Shown here piece after piece: positions 36,254-45,469 of a stretch of DNA of 57,118 bases. The translations under genes and the position numbers were made by a program. Under the pieces are notes generated by a model, which worked only from the letters and a program-made list of their open reading frames with translations, did no database searches and was not told where the DNA came from. This stretch comes from an uncultured Candidatus Saccharibacteria bacterium. GTDB taxonomy: Bacteria > Patescibacteriota > Minisyncoccia > Minisyncoccales > PWPS01. Position 1 is the stretch's first letter. Every line of letters begins with the position of its first letter. The DNA is taken from the NCBI GenBank assembly GCA_964435025.1, contig CAYSXL010000001.1:1-57118 (forward strand), in the 5' to 3' direction.

Positions 36254-36538
36254 TTAAAGCAATGATTTTATCTTTTCCGCTTCTTCTTCTACCGGACGGC
36301 CATCGTATTCGGCTCCGTGGTCCGGTGAGGATTCGTACTTTGGTGCTTTTTGGTCCAAATGAAGGTATAATATCTTTTTCTTGCTGTCGTAATAAATATG
36401 AAACCGGGGATATTTATCCCCTGAAAGGGCTCTCGAAAACGACGCCCTATCCTCTCGTTGATGCTTGTCAAGATGATAGCCCGCCTTTCTCAATAAGTTG
36501 TAGATGTTACCATCAAAGTTGTTTAAGTGTATTTTCAT
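36254..36538 (-). CDS. Hypothetical small protein (94 aa)
   Basis: ATG start, ending 4 nt upstream of the 35509-36249 gene. Mixed alpha/beta-looking sequence with several His (PRFHIYYD, LYLHLDQ, PDHGAEYDG). No family recognised. Confidence 0.5.
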   Translation of the reverse strand: MKIHLNNFDGNIYNLLRKAGYHLDKHQREDRASFSRALSGDKYPRFHIYYDSKKKILYLHLDQKAPKYESSPDHGAEYDGRPVEEEAEKIKSLL

Positions 36539-36562
36539 ATGAACATCATTTTAGCATAAATC

Positions 36563-36591
36563 TTGTCTATTGTCTTTTATTTTGCCATAAT
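36563..36591 (+). promoter_or_regulatory. Promoter candidate for thpR; would give a leaderless or near-leaderless mRNA
   Basis: TTGTCT, 17 nt spacer, CATAAT, ending 8 nt before ATG 36600. No SD is visible. Confidence 0.3.
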
Positions 36592-36599
36592 CGACATAT

Positions 36600-37172
36600 A
36601 TGATAAAACGTATCTTCTTTGCTGTAAACTTACCCCTGGAAGCAAAAGAGGCGCTCGGGTCAATCCGGGAAGAGTTGAGAGGTGCTTTCGATGAAAGGGC
36701 CGTAAAATGGGTGAGAGAAGATAATTTACACGTAACTCTTTTATTTCTCGGGGCGGTGAGAGAAGAAAAGATAGAGCACTTGCAAAGAGAAATAGAGAAA
36801 ATAAAAATGGAAAAGTTTCCGATTTCTCTGGACAAAGTGACCTATAATTCTCCGGATAAGAGAGATGCAAAAATAATTTGGGCGCAAGGAAAAAGTAGGG
36901 GGCTTTCCGAGCTAAAAGAAAAGATTGAAAAGAGATTAATGGATTCTCTTTTCTTTAATCGTTTATCTGATACGAGGCAATTTTTCCCGCATGTTACTTT
37001 AGGGAGAATACGAAAATGGGAATTTAAAAAAATGTCACTTTCCGGCATACCGGAGATAAACGAAGATGTGGAGATAAATTTTTCCGTCAAGTCTTTCGTA
37101 CTCTTGGAAAGCAAACTAAAAAAAGAGGGACCCGAATATAAATTAATTAAGGAGTTTAAGTTGCATGAGTAA
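36600..37172 (+). CDS. thpR: RNA 2',3'-cyclic phosphodiesterase (2H phosphoesterase, LigT/ThpR)
   Basis: Two HxT motifs: HVTLLFLG and HVTLGR. Confidence 0.8.
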   Translation: MIKRIFFAVNLPLEAKEALGSIREELRGAFDERAVKWVREDNLHVTLLFLGAVREEKIEHLQREIEKIKMEKFPISLDKVTYNSPDKRDAKIIWAQGKSRGLSELKEKIEKRLMDSLFFNRLSDTRQFFPHVTLGRIRKWEFKKMSLSGIPEINEDVEINFSVKSFVLLESKLKKEGPEYKLIKEFKLHE

Positions 37173-38475
37173 AAAAATTCACTTTGTAGGAATAGGGGGT
37201 ATAGGAGTGTCTTCACTGGCAAGGCATTATCTCGAAACGGGAAACGATGTTAGAGGCTCGGACGTAAATCCTTCAGAGGAGTTAGAAAAAGAGGGCGCTA
37301 TTATTTTTAAGGGGCATAGTGAAAATAATGTTTCCGCGGAGACAGATGTTTTAATTCACAGCTCTGCCGTATCTTTGAATAATCCGGAGGTTCAAAAAGC
37401 AAAAAAACTTGGAATCAAGATACAAAGCTATCCCGAGGCGCTTGGTGAGGTTACTCGGAATTATTTTACAATCGCGGTTTCCGGAACGCACGGCAAAAGT
37501 ACAACAACAGGGATGCTTGCTCTTATCTTAATTAAAGGAGGTCTTGACCCAACAGTGATTATCGGTACGAAAATGAAAGAATTTGGCAATAGAAATTACA
37601 GGAAGGGTCGTTCCGAGTACCTTCTCATCGAAGCTGACGAGCACAAAGGTGCGTTTCTTAATTATTTCCCGAAAGTTGCTGTTATCAATAATATAGAAGA
37701 AGATCACCTTGACTATTATAAGGACATTGAAGACATTCTTTCAACTTTCGGGAAATATATAGAAGCGAATTTAAGTGATGGAACACTTATCATAAACACG
37801 GACGACGAAAACAGCAGAAAAGTCAAGGAGAGAATTACAAAAGAGAATGTTATCGGTTATTCTCTTCAGGAAGAGGATGCAAAAAGCATAGAGCTATCCG
37901 TTCCGGGAAAGCATAATCTGGGGAATGCCCTTGCCGCACTCAAAGTAGGGGACCATCTGGGCATAAAAAAAGGGAAAACTCTTCAAGCGCTAAAGGAGTT
38001 TAAGGGAACATGGAGAAGGTTTGACGAAAAGGATGTAATACTTAGGAACGGAAAAAGCGTAAGGATAATAAATGATTATGCACATCACCCGACCGCTATA
38101 AAAGCCACACTGGAAGCGGTTAAGGAAAAATATCCCAAAAAAAAGGTTGTTGCCGTATTCCAGCCCCACCAATATGAAAGAACTTACAGTTTGTTCGCGG
38201 GTTTTAAAAAAGTACTCAGGCAAGCTTCTACCGATAAGCTTATTATCACCGATATTTATACGGTCAAAGGAAGAGAATCCGAGGAAATTATGCGCAAGGT
38301 AAGCGCGGAAAAACTTGTAGAGGAAGTGGGTAAAGCCGTTTATACGGGAGATTTGGAAGCAACCGGGGAATACCTTCTTAAAAATTTGCATGGGAAAGAA
38401 ATTTTGGTTATAATGGGTGCAGGCGATGTATATGATTTAGGGGGATACATCGAAAAGGTCCGTAATAACAGTTAA
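37165..38475 (+). CDS. murC: UDP-N-acetylmuramate--L-alanine ligase
   Basis: IHFVGIGGIGVSSLA, VSGTHGKSTTT, and the DYAHHP region. Confidence 0.9.
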   Translation: MSKKIHFVGIGGIGVSSLARHYLETGNDVRGSDVNPSEELEKEGAIIFKGHSENNVSAETDVLIHSSAVSLNNPEVQKAKKLGIKIQSYPEALGEVTRNYFTIAVSGTHGKSTTTGMLALILIKGGLDPTVIIGTKMKEFGNRNYRKGRSEYLLIEADEHKGAFLNYFPKVAVINNIEEDHLDYYKDIEDILSTFGKYIEANLSDGTLIINTDDENSRKVKERITKENVIGYSLQEEDAKSIELSVPGKHNLGNALAALKVGDHLGIKKGKTLQALKEFKGTWRRFDEKDVILRNGKSVRIINDYAHHPTAIKATLEAVKEKYPKKKVVAVFQPHQYERTYSLFAGFKKVLRQASTDKLIITDIYTVKGRESEEIMRKVSAEKLVEEVGKAVYTGDLEATGEYLLKNLHGKEILVIMGAGDVYDLGGYIEKVRNNS

Positions 38476-38490
38476 AAATAAAATTTTATT

Positions 38491-38889
38491 ATGCCTGATA
38501 ATTGGTTAATGATATTGGCAATTGTGGGAGGTGCTGTAATTGTGTGGTACATGATGCAACTCCAGAGAGAAAGGAAAGAAGGCAAAAAAGAGCCGGAGGA
38601 AGAGAAAGAGGAACTTACAAAGGAAGATGACAATGTCAAGGAAAAAGAAGAAGAGGCCGTTTCCGAAGGAAGCACAGAAGAAGAGAAAGGAGAGGAAGTT
38701 AAAGAAGGAGGAGTAGAAGAAGAGGAAGTTGAAGAAGAGGAAGTTGAAAAAGAAGAAGTTGAAGAAGAAGAAGGATTAGAAGAGGAGGAAGAGAAGAAAG
38801 AAGAAGGAGATGAAGAGCGCGCAATGCATGAAGAGGAAGCAGGAGATGTAGAGGATGAAAAAAGCGAAGAAGATGAAGACGATTTTTAA
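38491..38889 (+). CDS. Small membrane-anchored poly-Glu protein
   Basis: WLMILAIVGGAVIVWYMM TM helix, then about 100 aa dominated by E/K with EEEVE-type repeats. Confidence 0.6.
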   Translation: MPDNWLMILAIVGGAVIVWYMMQLQRERKEGKKEPEEEKEELTKEDDNVKEKEEEAVSEGSTEEEKGEEVKEGGVEEEEVEEEEVEKEEVEEEEGLEEEEEKKEEGDEERAMHEEEAGDVEDEKSEEDEDDF

Positions 38890-38896
38890 GAAACAC

Positions 38897-38938
38897 AAAA
38901 GAGAGAAAGAAATCGCCGACCCAAATGCCGGCGATTTC
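38897..38938 (+). terminator. Rho-independent terminator
   Basis: AAGAAATCGCCG, 10-nt loop, CGGCGATTTCTT (12-bp perfect stem), followed by TTGTTTTT. Confidence 0.75.
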
Positions 38939-39002
38939 TTTTGTTTTTGCAAGCATACTTTTTCAGTGATAAAATAAAAAGTGTAAATTAAGAATAATAA
39001 TT

Positions 39003-40304
39003 ATGGATGTAAAAATTAACGACGTATCAGAGACAAAAAAAGAACTGGAAGTCACTCTTTCTCCTGAAGAGGTGGAAAAGTACGTAGATAAAGCCGCGGA
39101 AAAATTTTCTTCCGAGATGAATATTAAGGGATTCCGACCCGGAAGTGCTCCCAGGGAAGTGGTTGAAAATACCATGGGAAAAGAAAAGCTTTACGAAGAA
39201 GCCGCAAGAGAGGCTATCCAGGAAACTTATCCCAAGGTGGTGGAAGAAAATAATCTTTACGCCATATCCAGTCCTCATGTGGATATTATTAAGTGTGCTC
39301 CCGGGAACGAGGTTGTTTATAAGGCAACAGTTTATGTTATGCCCGACATTAAACTTCCCGATTATCGCAAGATTGCCCAGGATACGGTGAAAAAGGAGAA
39401 AAAAGACGTGGAAGTGGAAGATAAGGAAATAGAAAATACATTGGAACGGATAAGGGAAGATAAAGCAAAACTACAAAAGGTGGAAAGGGAGGCAAAAAAT
39501 GGGGATGCGGTAACAATTAATTTCGAAAGTGTTATTGGAGGCCAAGAAGATAAGAAAATAGAAGAAAAGGATTTTAAGGTTAACCTTGGGAAAAACGAAC
39601 TTGCTATGCTTCAGGGATTCGAGGATAATTTGATTGGCATGAAAGAGGGAGAGGAAAAAAGTTTTTCCATTCAAATGCCCAATATGCAGGAGGGAGAAGG
39701 GAGCGGAGAACAGAAAATGGACTTTACTGTTGAAATGGTTTCGGTCATGGAAAAAGAACTCCCGGAGCTCGATGACGAGCTTGCTAAGTCTATGCCCAAT
39801 ATCGAAAATCTTGAGCAACTAAAGGAGAAAATAAAAGAGGGAGTAAAAGGAGAGAAGGAGGCTAAAGAAGATGAGAGAGTTAAGGTCAAAGTACTTGAAA
39901 ACATCAAAAAAGAAACGTCTTTTGAGATACCCGATGTTCTTGTTGAGAAGGAGCTTGACAATATGATAGAAAATACAAAAAGCCAGCTTACAAAGAGAGG
40001 GGGAACCTTTGAAGATTATTTAAAAGAGATTGGAAAGTCTCAAGAAGAGCTTCGGGAAGAGTGGAGAGAAAAGGCAAAAGAAAATGTAGGTTACGCCCTT
40101 ATTTTACATACTGTAAGCCAAAAGGAACAGATTGAGGTAAAACCCGAGGAGATAGAAGCCGAAATAAATAAGCATTTTCAGACAACCGGGAGGAATAAAC
40201 AAGAAGAAAAGGAAGAAAGCCTAGAGAGGATGAGATCATATGTTCATGACGTTATCAAAAACCAAAAAGTGTTCCGTGTTCTTTCGATTGAAAATGATTC
40301 TTAA
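39003..40304 (+). CDS. tig: Trigger factor
   Basis: The N-terminal ribosome-binding region with GFRPGSAP, a central FKBP-like segment, and a helical C-terminus. Confidence 0.9.
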   Translation: MDVKINDVSETKKELEVTLSPEEVEKYVDKAAEKFSSEMNIKGFRPGSAPREVVENTMGKEKLYEEAAREAIQETYPKVVEENNLYAISSPHVDIIKCAPGNEVVYKATVYVMPDIKLPDYRKIAQDTVKKEKKDVEVEDKEIENTLERIREDKAKLQKVEREAKNGDAVTINFESVIGGQEDKKIEEKDFKVNLGKNELAMLQGFEDNLIGMKEGEEKSFSIQMPNMQEGEGSGEQKMDFTVEMVSVMEKELPELDDELAKSMPNIENLEQLKEKIKEGVKGEKEAKEDERVKVKVLENIKKETSFEIPDVLVEKELDNMIENTKSQLTKRGGTFEDYLKEIGKSQEELREEWREKAKENVGYALILHTVSQKEQIEVKPEEIEAEINKHFQTTGRNKQEEKEESLERMRSYVHDVIKNQKVFRVLSIENDS

Positions 40305-40349
40305 ATGAAGTAGAATAGAGAAATATTTTCATCATTTAATATAAAAAAA

Positions 40350-40718
40350 ATGAAAAAAATTCTTATTATTGAAGACGAAAAGATGCTCGCGGAAATGTAC
40401 AAGGATAAGTTTGTGCAAGAGGGGTTTGATGTTTATTGCGAGATTGATGCTGAAGAGGGGATGAAGCGAGCGAAAGAAATCAGGCCCGATCTTATTATTC
40501 TTGACATTCTTCTTCCTCAGGCATCGGGAACCGATTTCTTGGAGAAGTTGCGTAGTGATGAAGAAATAAGCGCAACCAAGGTGATTGCTTATTCAAATTA
40601 CGATGATGCCGAGTCCAAAGAAAAAGCAAAAAAACTCGGAGCGAAAGAATATCTCATTAAAACAAATTATACTCCCAAAGAGGTCTTAGATATAGTAAAC
40701 AGGCACCTGGAAGAATAA
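40350..40718 (+). CDS. Response regulator, receiver domain only (CheY-like)
   Basis: KILIIEDE, DLIILDILLP (phospho-acceptor Asp), and a conserved Lys region in EYLIK. 122 aa with no output domain. Confidence 0.85.
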   Translation: MKKILIIEDEKMLAEMYKDKFVQEGFDVYCEIDAEEGMKRAKEIRPDLIILDILLPQASGTDFLEKLRSDEEISATKVIAYSNYDDAESKEKAKKLGAKEYLIKTNYTPKEVLDIVNRHLEE

Positions 40719-40722
40719 AAAC

Positions 40723-42117
40723 ATGAAAAGGACTCCAATCGTAAGTACAATATCAGGTATTGGGGGAGAGCTTAGAATCTCCGGTTTTGTTGATAGTGTA
40801 CGTTCGCACGGAAGCGTGCTTTTTTTGGATATAAGGGATTTTTCCGGAACCGTCCAAGCGGTAATTACCGCCGAAAACGAGGATTATAAAAATGTAAAAG
40901 AAATCAGACCCGAGTGGGTTGTTGAGATTCTGGGATTGGTAAAGGAGAGGCCGGAAAAAATGAAAAATAAAGAGAGCAAGACGGGGGATGTGGAAATAGA
41001 GATTAAAAAAATAAATATTCTTTCCAAGGCGAAAACGGTGCCCTTTTCGGTAGATACTGACGGTTCGGAAATAGGTGAAGAGACGAGAATGCAATACAGG
41101 TATATCGACATTAGAAGAGATAGACTCAAAAGAAATTTACAGGCAAGACACGACGTTGCTTTTTTTTGCAGGAATTTTTTAAACGACAAGAATTTCTTGG
41201 AAATAGAGACTCCTATCTTAACCAAATCCACGCCTGAGGGAGCGAGGGATTTTTTGGTTCCTTCCAGAAAACAGCCCGGAAATTTTTATGCGCTTCCTCA
41301 GAGCCCTCAACAATATAAGCAATTGCTGATGGTAGCGGGTTTGGAAAGGTATTTTCAATTTGCGAGGTGTTTTCGTGACGAAGACATGAGAGCAGACAGA
41401 CAAGCGGAATTTACACAGCTTGATATGGAGCTCTCTTTTGCGGAAAAGGAAGATATTTTGCTTTTGGTGGAATCCATGGTGACGGAGCTTGTGGAAGTCA
41501 TCTTTCCCGATAAAACGATAAAAGAAAAACCCTTTCCAAGAATCGAATATAGTGAAGCGATGGAAAAGTGGAACACCGATAGGCCGGATTTAAGAGATAA
41601 TAAGGAGGATAAAAACGAACTTGCCTTCGCTTTTATTACCGACTTTCCGATGTTCGAGAAGAATAAAGAAGGTAAACGGAACGCCGTTCATCATCCTTTT
41701 ACCATGCCCGTTGAGACCAGTCCGCAAAAAATCAAAAAAAATCCCGATAAAATAAAAGGTTGCCAATACGACCTTGTACTTAACGGGAACGAAATAGCCG
41801 GTGGAAGTATCAGGTCACATAAACCGGAAATATTGGAAGCGGTGTTTAGTGTTTTGGGGCATACTAAAGAGGAAGCTCAAGAAAAATTCGGACATCTTTT
41901 TGAGGCATTTTCGTACGGGGTGCCGCCACACGGCGGGATTGCTTTTGGTTTTGAACGCTTCCTAATGGTGTTACTCGGTGAAGAGAATATTAGAGAAGTT
42001 ATTCCTTTCCCGAAAACCGGAGACGGAAGAGACCTTACAATGGGAGCGCCTTCTTCCGGTATAGATAAAAAACAGCTCGATGAGCTTGGGTTGAATAAAA
42101 AAGAGAAGAAAAAATGA
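40723..42117 (+). CDS. aspS: Aspartate--tRNA ligase, bacterial-type sequence lacking the GAD insertion domain
   Basis: FYALPQSPQQYKQLLM, CFRDEDMRADRQAEFTQLDMELSF, HHPFTMP, GGSIR, GGIAFGFER. Only 464 aa. Confidence 0.9.
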   Translation: MKRTPIVSTISGIGGELRISGFVDSVRSHGSVLFLDIRDFSGTVQAVITAENEDYKNVKEIRPEWVVEILGLVKERPEKMKNKESKTGDVEIEIKKINILSKAKTVPFSVDTDGSEIGEETRMQYRYIDIRRDRLKRNLQARHDVAFFCRNFLNDKNFLEIETPILTKSTPEGARDFLVPSRKQPGNFYALPQSPQQYKQLLMVAGLERYFQFARCFRDEDMRADRQAEFTQLDMELSFAEKEDILLLVESMVTELVEVIFPDKTIKEKPFPRIEYSEAMEKWNTDRPDLRDNKEDKNELAFAFITDFPMFEKNKEGKRNAVHHPFTMPVETSPQKIKKNPDKIKGCQYDLVLNGNEIAGGSIRSHKPEILEAVFSVLGHTKEEAQEKFGHLFEAFSYGVPPHGGIAFGFERFLMVLLGEENIREVIPFPKTGDGRDLTMGAPSSGIDKKQLDELGLNKKEKKK

Positions 42118-43109
42118 CTTTTTTTGAAGAGATTAAAAAAGAAACCAAGAGGAGAAAAAGCTTGTTTATCGTCTTTTTCTTAGTATTTTTCCCCCTGGTC
42201 TCTTTTTTTATAATAAGAGCTGTTTCTCAAGAAGAGGAGATAAAAGATGAAAATAAAGTAATCGAAGAAGTCGAGCCTTACCCTGTTCTTCGTGATAGGG
42301 AAGAAGAGGGGAAAGACCCGAACATAAAAGGATCCGCCGCGCTCTCTATTTATTGGGATGGAAACTCGGAAAAAATTCTTTATAAGGAAAATCCGGATAA
42401 GCCGCTTCCAATAGCAAGTATCAGCAAGCTTATGACGGCGCTTGTAGTACTGGAAGATTATGACCTTGACGCGCCTGTCGGTATTGCGGAAAAAGAAATT
42501 ATTACACGCAGTGAGTTTAGGGATTTTAGGGCTTTTAAGGAAACCAAAGTGGAAGAGATGGTTTATCCTATGGTAATTGAGTCCAACAACAGCGCGGCTT
42601 TTGCGCTTGCCCTTGCCGGAGAAAGGTTTTTTGATGATATTTCCAATGAACCCGTAAAAGGGTTTGTAGAAAAAATGAATAACAAAGCTCGAGAAATAGG
42701 ACTAAAAAAAACAAATTTTGTAAATCCGAGTGGGCTTGACGGAAGGAGTGGCGAGTATAACCTTTCCACGGCTCGGGAGATTACTGAATTTTCCAAATAT
42801 CTTCTTTCCAACACGGATATTTTTAAAATTTCGCAAATGCCTTCTTATAGGCTTTACTCTCCCGACGGAGCGATTTATTATGAATCGTTAAATACGAACG
42901 ATTTTTTACACTCCAAAGAAGAAGACTGGCAGGAGAGAATCGTGGGCGGTAAAACGGGATGGACACACGCCGCTTTCGGCTGTCTTCTTCTTGTTTTGGA
43001 GTCTCCCTCACATGAAGGATATATTATTAACATTGTTCTCGGTACCGAAGATCGCTTTCATGAAATGGGAAAAATGGTTGACTATATTCACAATGCGTAC
43101 GAGTTTTAA
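42114..43109 (+). CDS. D-alanyl-D-alanine carboxypeptidase (serine peptidase S11, low-MW PBP)
   Basis: SxxK (ASISKLMT), SxN (ESNNSAA), KTG (GKTGWT), and an N-terminal TM anchor. Confidence 0.8.
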   Translation: MTFFEEIKKETKRRKSLFIVFFLVFFPLVSFFIIRAVSQEEEIKDENKVIEEVEPYPVLRDREEEGKDPNIKGSAALSIYWDGNSEKILYKENPDKPLPIASISKLMTALVVLEDYDLDAPVGIAEKEIITRSEFRDFRAFKETKVEEMVYPMVIESNNSAAFALALAGERFFDDISNEPVKGFVEKMNNKAREIGLKKTNFVNPSGLDGRSGEYNLSTAREITEFSKYLLSNTDIFKISQMPSYRLYSPDGAIYYESLNTNDFLHSKEEDWQERIVGGKTGWTHAAFGCLLLVLESPSHEGYIINIVLGTEDRFHEMGKMVDYIHNAYEF

Positions 43110-43124
43110 TTTTTTGTTTTCCAT

Positions 43125-44210
43125 ATGTATCAGGCGGAAATCACGACTAATGTAATAAAGGTTTTTGTCGTTGGCCTTTCCTCTTTTTTATTTGCGTTTG
43201 TAATGACTCCTTCTTTGACTCATTTTCTTTACAAACATAAACTTTGGAAAAAAAGGGCGAAAAAAAAGACGATTGACGGGAAAAACGCGGAGTATTTCAA
43301 AAAGCATCACTGGAAAGAGGAGCTACAAACACCACGCTTGGGAGGCTTGCTTATTTGGATATCGGTCTTGCTCGTGGCCTTTTTGTTTTTTATTGCTTCG
43401 CTTTTCGCTGACTCTTTTTGGCTTGGAAAAATAAATTTCTTAAGCAGGGACCAGACATGGCTTCCGCTTTTTACACTTATGTCCGCGTCCTTGGTCGGGC
43501 TGATTGATGATGTCCTGCAAGTTGGAGAAGAAACGCCTTATTCTAAAGTAAAGCAATTCATCAGTGATGGACTGAGTTTACGTTATCGTATTCTTCTTGT
43601 CGGTCTAATCGGAACTATCGGGGCTTTCTGGTTTTATTTTCGGCTTGGGGAAAGCATGATCCATATCCCGGGAGTGGGAGATGTTTTTTTAGGTGTTTTT
43701 TATATCCCGTTTTTTATTGTTGTCATGGTAGCGGTTTACAGCGGGGGAGTTATCGATGGTATTGATGGTCTTTCGGGGGGAGTGTTTGCTTCAATTTTCA
43801 CGGCATACACGGTAATAGCTCTTTTTCAGGGCCAAATCAATCTTGCCGCTTTTTGCCTTGCCGTAGTAGGAAGTATTCTTGCTTTTCTGTGGTTTAACAT
43901 TCCTCCGGCAAGATTTTATATGGGCGAGACGGGGATTATAGGACTTACCGCAACACTCACGGTTGTGGCTTTTCTCACGGGAGGAGTCGCCGTGCTTCCT
44001 ATTATTGCGTTTCTTCTTGTACTTACATCCGCTTCCGTTATAATTCAACTTTTATCAAAAAAAATAAGAGGAAAAAAAATCTTTTTGGCGGCTCCCTTGC
44101 ACCATCATTTTGAAGCGCAGGGATGGCCTCCTTATAAGGTCACGATGCGTTTCTGGGTAATAGGAGCAGTAATGGGAATTATCGGGGTCGTAATTCATCT
44201 TCTTTCCTAA
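43125..44210 (+). CDS. mraY: Phospho-N-acetylmuramoyl-pentapeptide transferase
   Basis: Polytopic membrane protein with GLIDD, DGIDGL, NIPPARFYMGETG and PLHHHFE motifs. Confidence 0.9.
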   Translation: MYQAEITTNVIKVFVVGLSSFLFAFVMTPSLTHFLYKHKLWKKRAKKKTIDGKNAEYFKKHHWKEELQTPRLGGLLIWISVLLVAFLFFIASLFADSFWLGKINFLSRDQTWLPLFTLMSASLVGLIDDVLQVGEETPYSKVKQFISDGLSLRYRILLVGLIGTIGAFWFYFRLGESMIHIPGVGDVFLGVFYIPFFIVVMVAVYSGGVIDGIDGLSGGVFASIFTAYTVIALFQGQINLAAFCLAVVGSILAFLWFNIPPARFYMGETGIIGLTATLTVVAFLTGGVAVLPIIAFLLVLTSASVIIQLLSKKIRGKKIFLAAPLHHHFEAQGWPPYKVTMRFWVIGAVMGIIGVVIHLLS

Positions 44211-45469
44211 TGCTTTCTAACTTCAAAAACAAGAAAATTCTTATTTTGGGAATAGGAGAAGAGGGTATAGACAACCTATCCTTTTTTAAAGATAATGTTG
44301 CTTATAAAAAAATAGGTGTTGCCGATTTACTTCCCTACAAAGAGCTTAGTATGAAGGCGAAGGAGCATCTTCGGGAAGGAGTAGAGCTTCACCTTGGAGA
44401 TGATTATCTTTTGGCGGTAAAGGAGTATGATGTTATTGTAAAATCGCCCGGAGTCCCTTCTTCATTAATAAATCTTAAAGAAGGACAAAAACTTACTTCT
44501 CAAAGCGATATTTTTCTTTCACTTTGTAAGGGAAATACGATTGGCGTAACCGGCACGAAGGGAAAGAGTACCACCTCCCTTCTTTTCTATAATCTGCTCC
44601 TTGAAGCCGGTTATTCCACTGAGCTTATCGGGAACATAGGTACTCCGGCTCTTTCTTTTCTTTCCGGGAAAGATAGTGGAAAGACTTTTGTTTATGAGCT
44701 TTCCAGCTTTCAGCTCGAAACGGTTACTGCCAGTCCGAGGATAGCGGTCATACTAAATGTGTTTGCAGATCACTTGGATAGACATGAGAGCTTGGATAAC
44801 TACATTGCCGCGAAAGAAAAAGTAACTTCTTTTCAAAGTGAAAATGATTATTTGCTTTATAACGAGAATGATAAGCGGGTAAAAGAGATTGCCAAAAAAT
44901 CAAAAGCGAACAAAACACCGTTTACGCTTTCTAAAAAAAGAAAGAGAATTCCCATTGCGGTTGACCCGCTCTACAAACTTGCAGAACTGATGAAGATTGA
45001 TCCGAGATTAATAAATAAAGTAGTGGAAGATTTTAAAGGATTACCCCATAGAATGGAATATCTTGGCAAATACAAGGGCATTGATTTTTATAACGATTCC
45101 GCGGCAACAATACCCGAAGCGACAAAAAGTGCGATTGAGAATATAGAAAACGTTCAAACCGTGATTATGGGCGGCGTTGATAAAGGAGGGGAGTATGCAA
45201 AACTTTTGGCAAAAATAAGAGAAAATAGAAATATCCGGAATATCGTTATCTTTAAAGGAACTCCGGAAGACTTTGTTGCTGCACCGGAGCTTTCCGAAAA
45301 ACTTATTTTCCCCGCTGCCGACATGAAAGAAGCGGTACAGCATTGTTTCAACAATACGGGACAGGGGAGTGCTTGTATTTTATCTCCGGGGTTTGCAAGC
45401 TTTAATATGTTCAGAAATTATAAGGAGAGAGGAGAATCGTTTAAGAACAATGTTCGCAATTACAAATGA
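44210..45469 (+). CDS. murD: UDP-N-acetylmuramoylalanine--D-glutamate ligase
   Basis: GVTGTKGKSTT, LNVFADHLDRH, NDS.AT. The start overlaps the mraY stop. Confidence 0.9.
   Translation: MLSNFKNKKILILGIGEEGIDNLSFFKDNVAYKKIGVADLLPYKELSMKAKEHLREGVELHLGDDYLLAVKEYDVIVKSPGVPSSLINLKEGQKLTSQSDIFLSLCKGNTIGVTGTKGKSTTSLLFYNLLLEAGYSTELIGNIGTPALSFLSGKDSGKTFVYELSSFQLETVTASPRIAVILNVFADHLDRHESLDNYIAAKEKVTSFQSENDYLLYNENDKRVKEIAKKSKANKTPFTLSKKRKRIPIAVDPLYKLAELMKIDPRLINKVVEDFKGLPHRMEYLGKYKGIDFYNDSAATIPEATKSAIENIENVQTVIMGGVDKGGEYAKLLAKIRENRNIRNIVIFKGTPEDFVAAPELSEKLIFPAADMKEAVQHCFNNTGQGSACILSPGFASFNMFRNYKERGESFKNNVRNYK

Noticed and set aside
38690-38830. Apparent 15-nt tandem DNA repeat (GAAGAAGAGGAAGTT-like units)
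   Set aside because: It lies inside an open reading frame and encodes EEEVE repeats of the polyacidic tail. It is explained as low-complexity coding sequence rather than a satellite or regulatory repeat.
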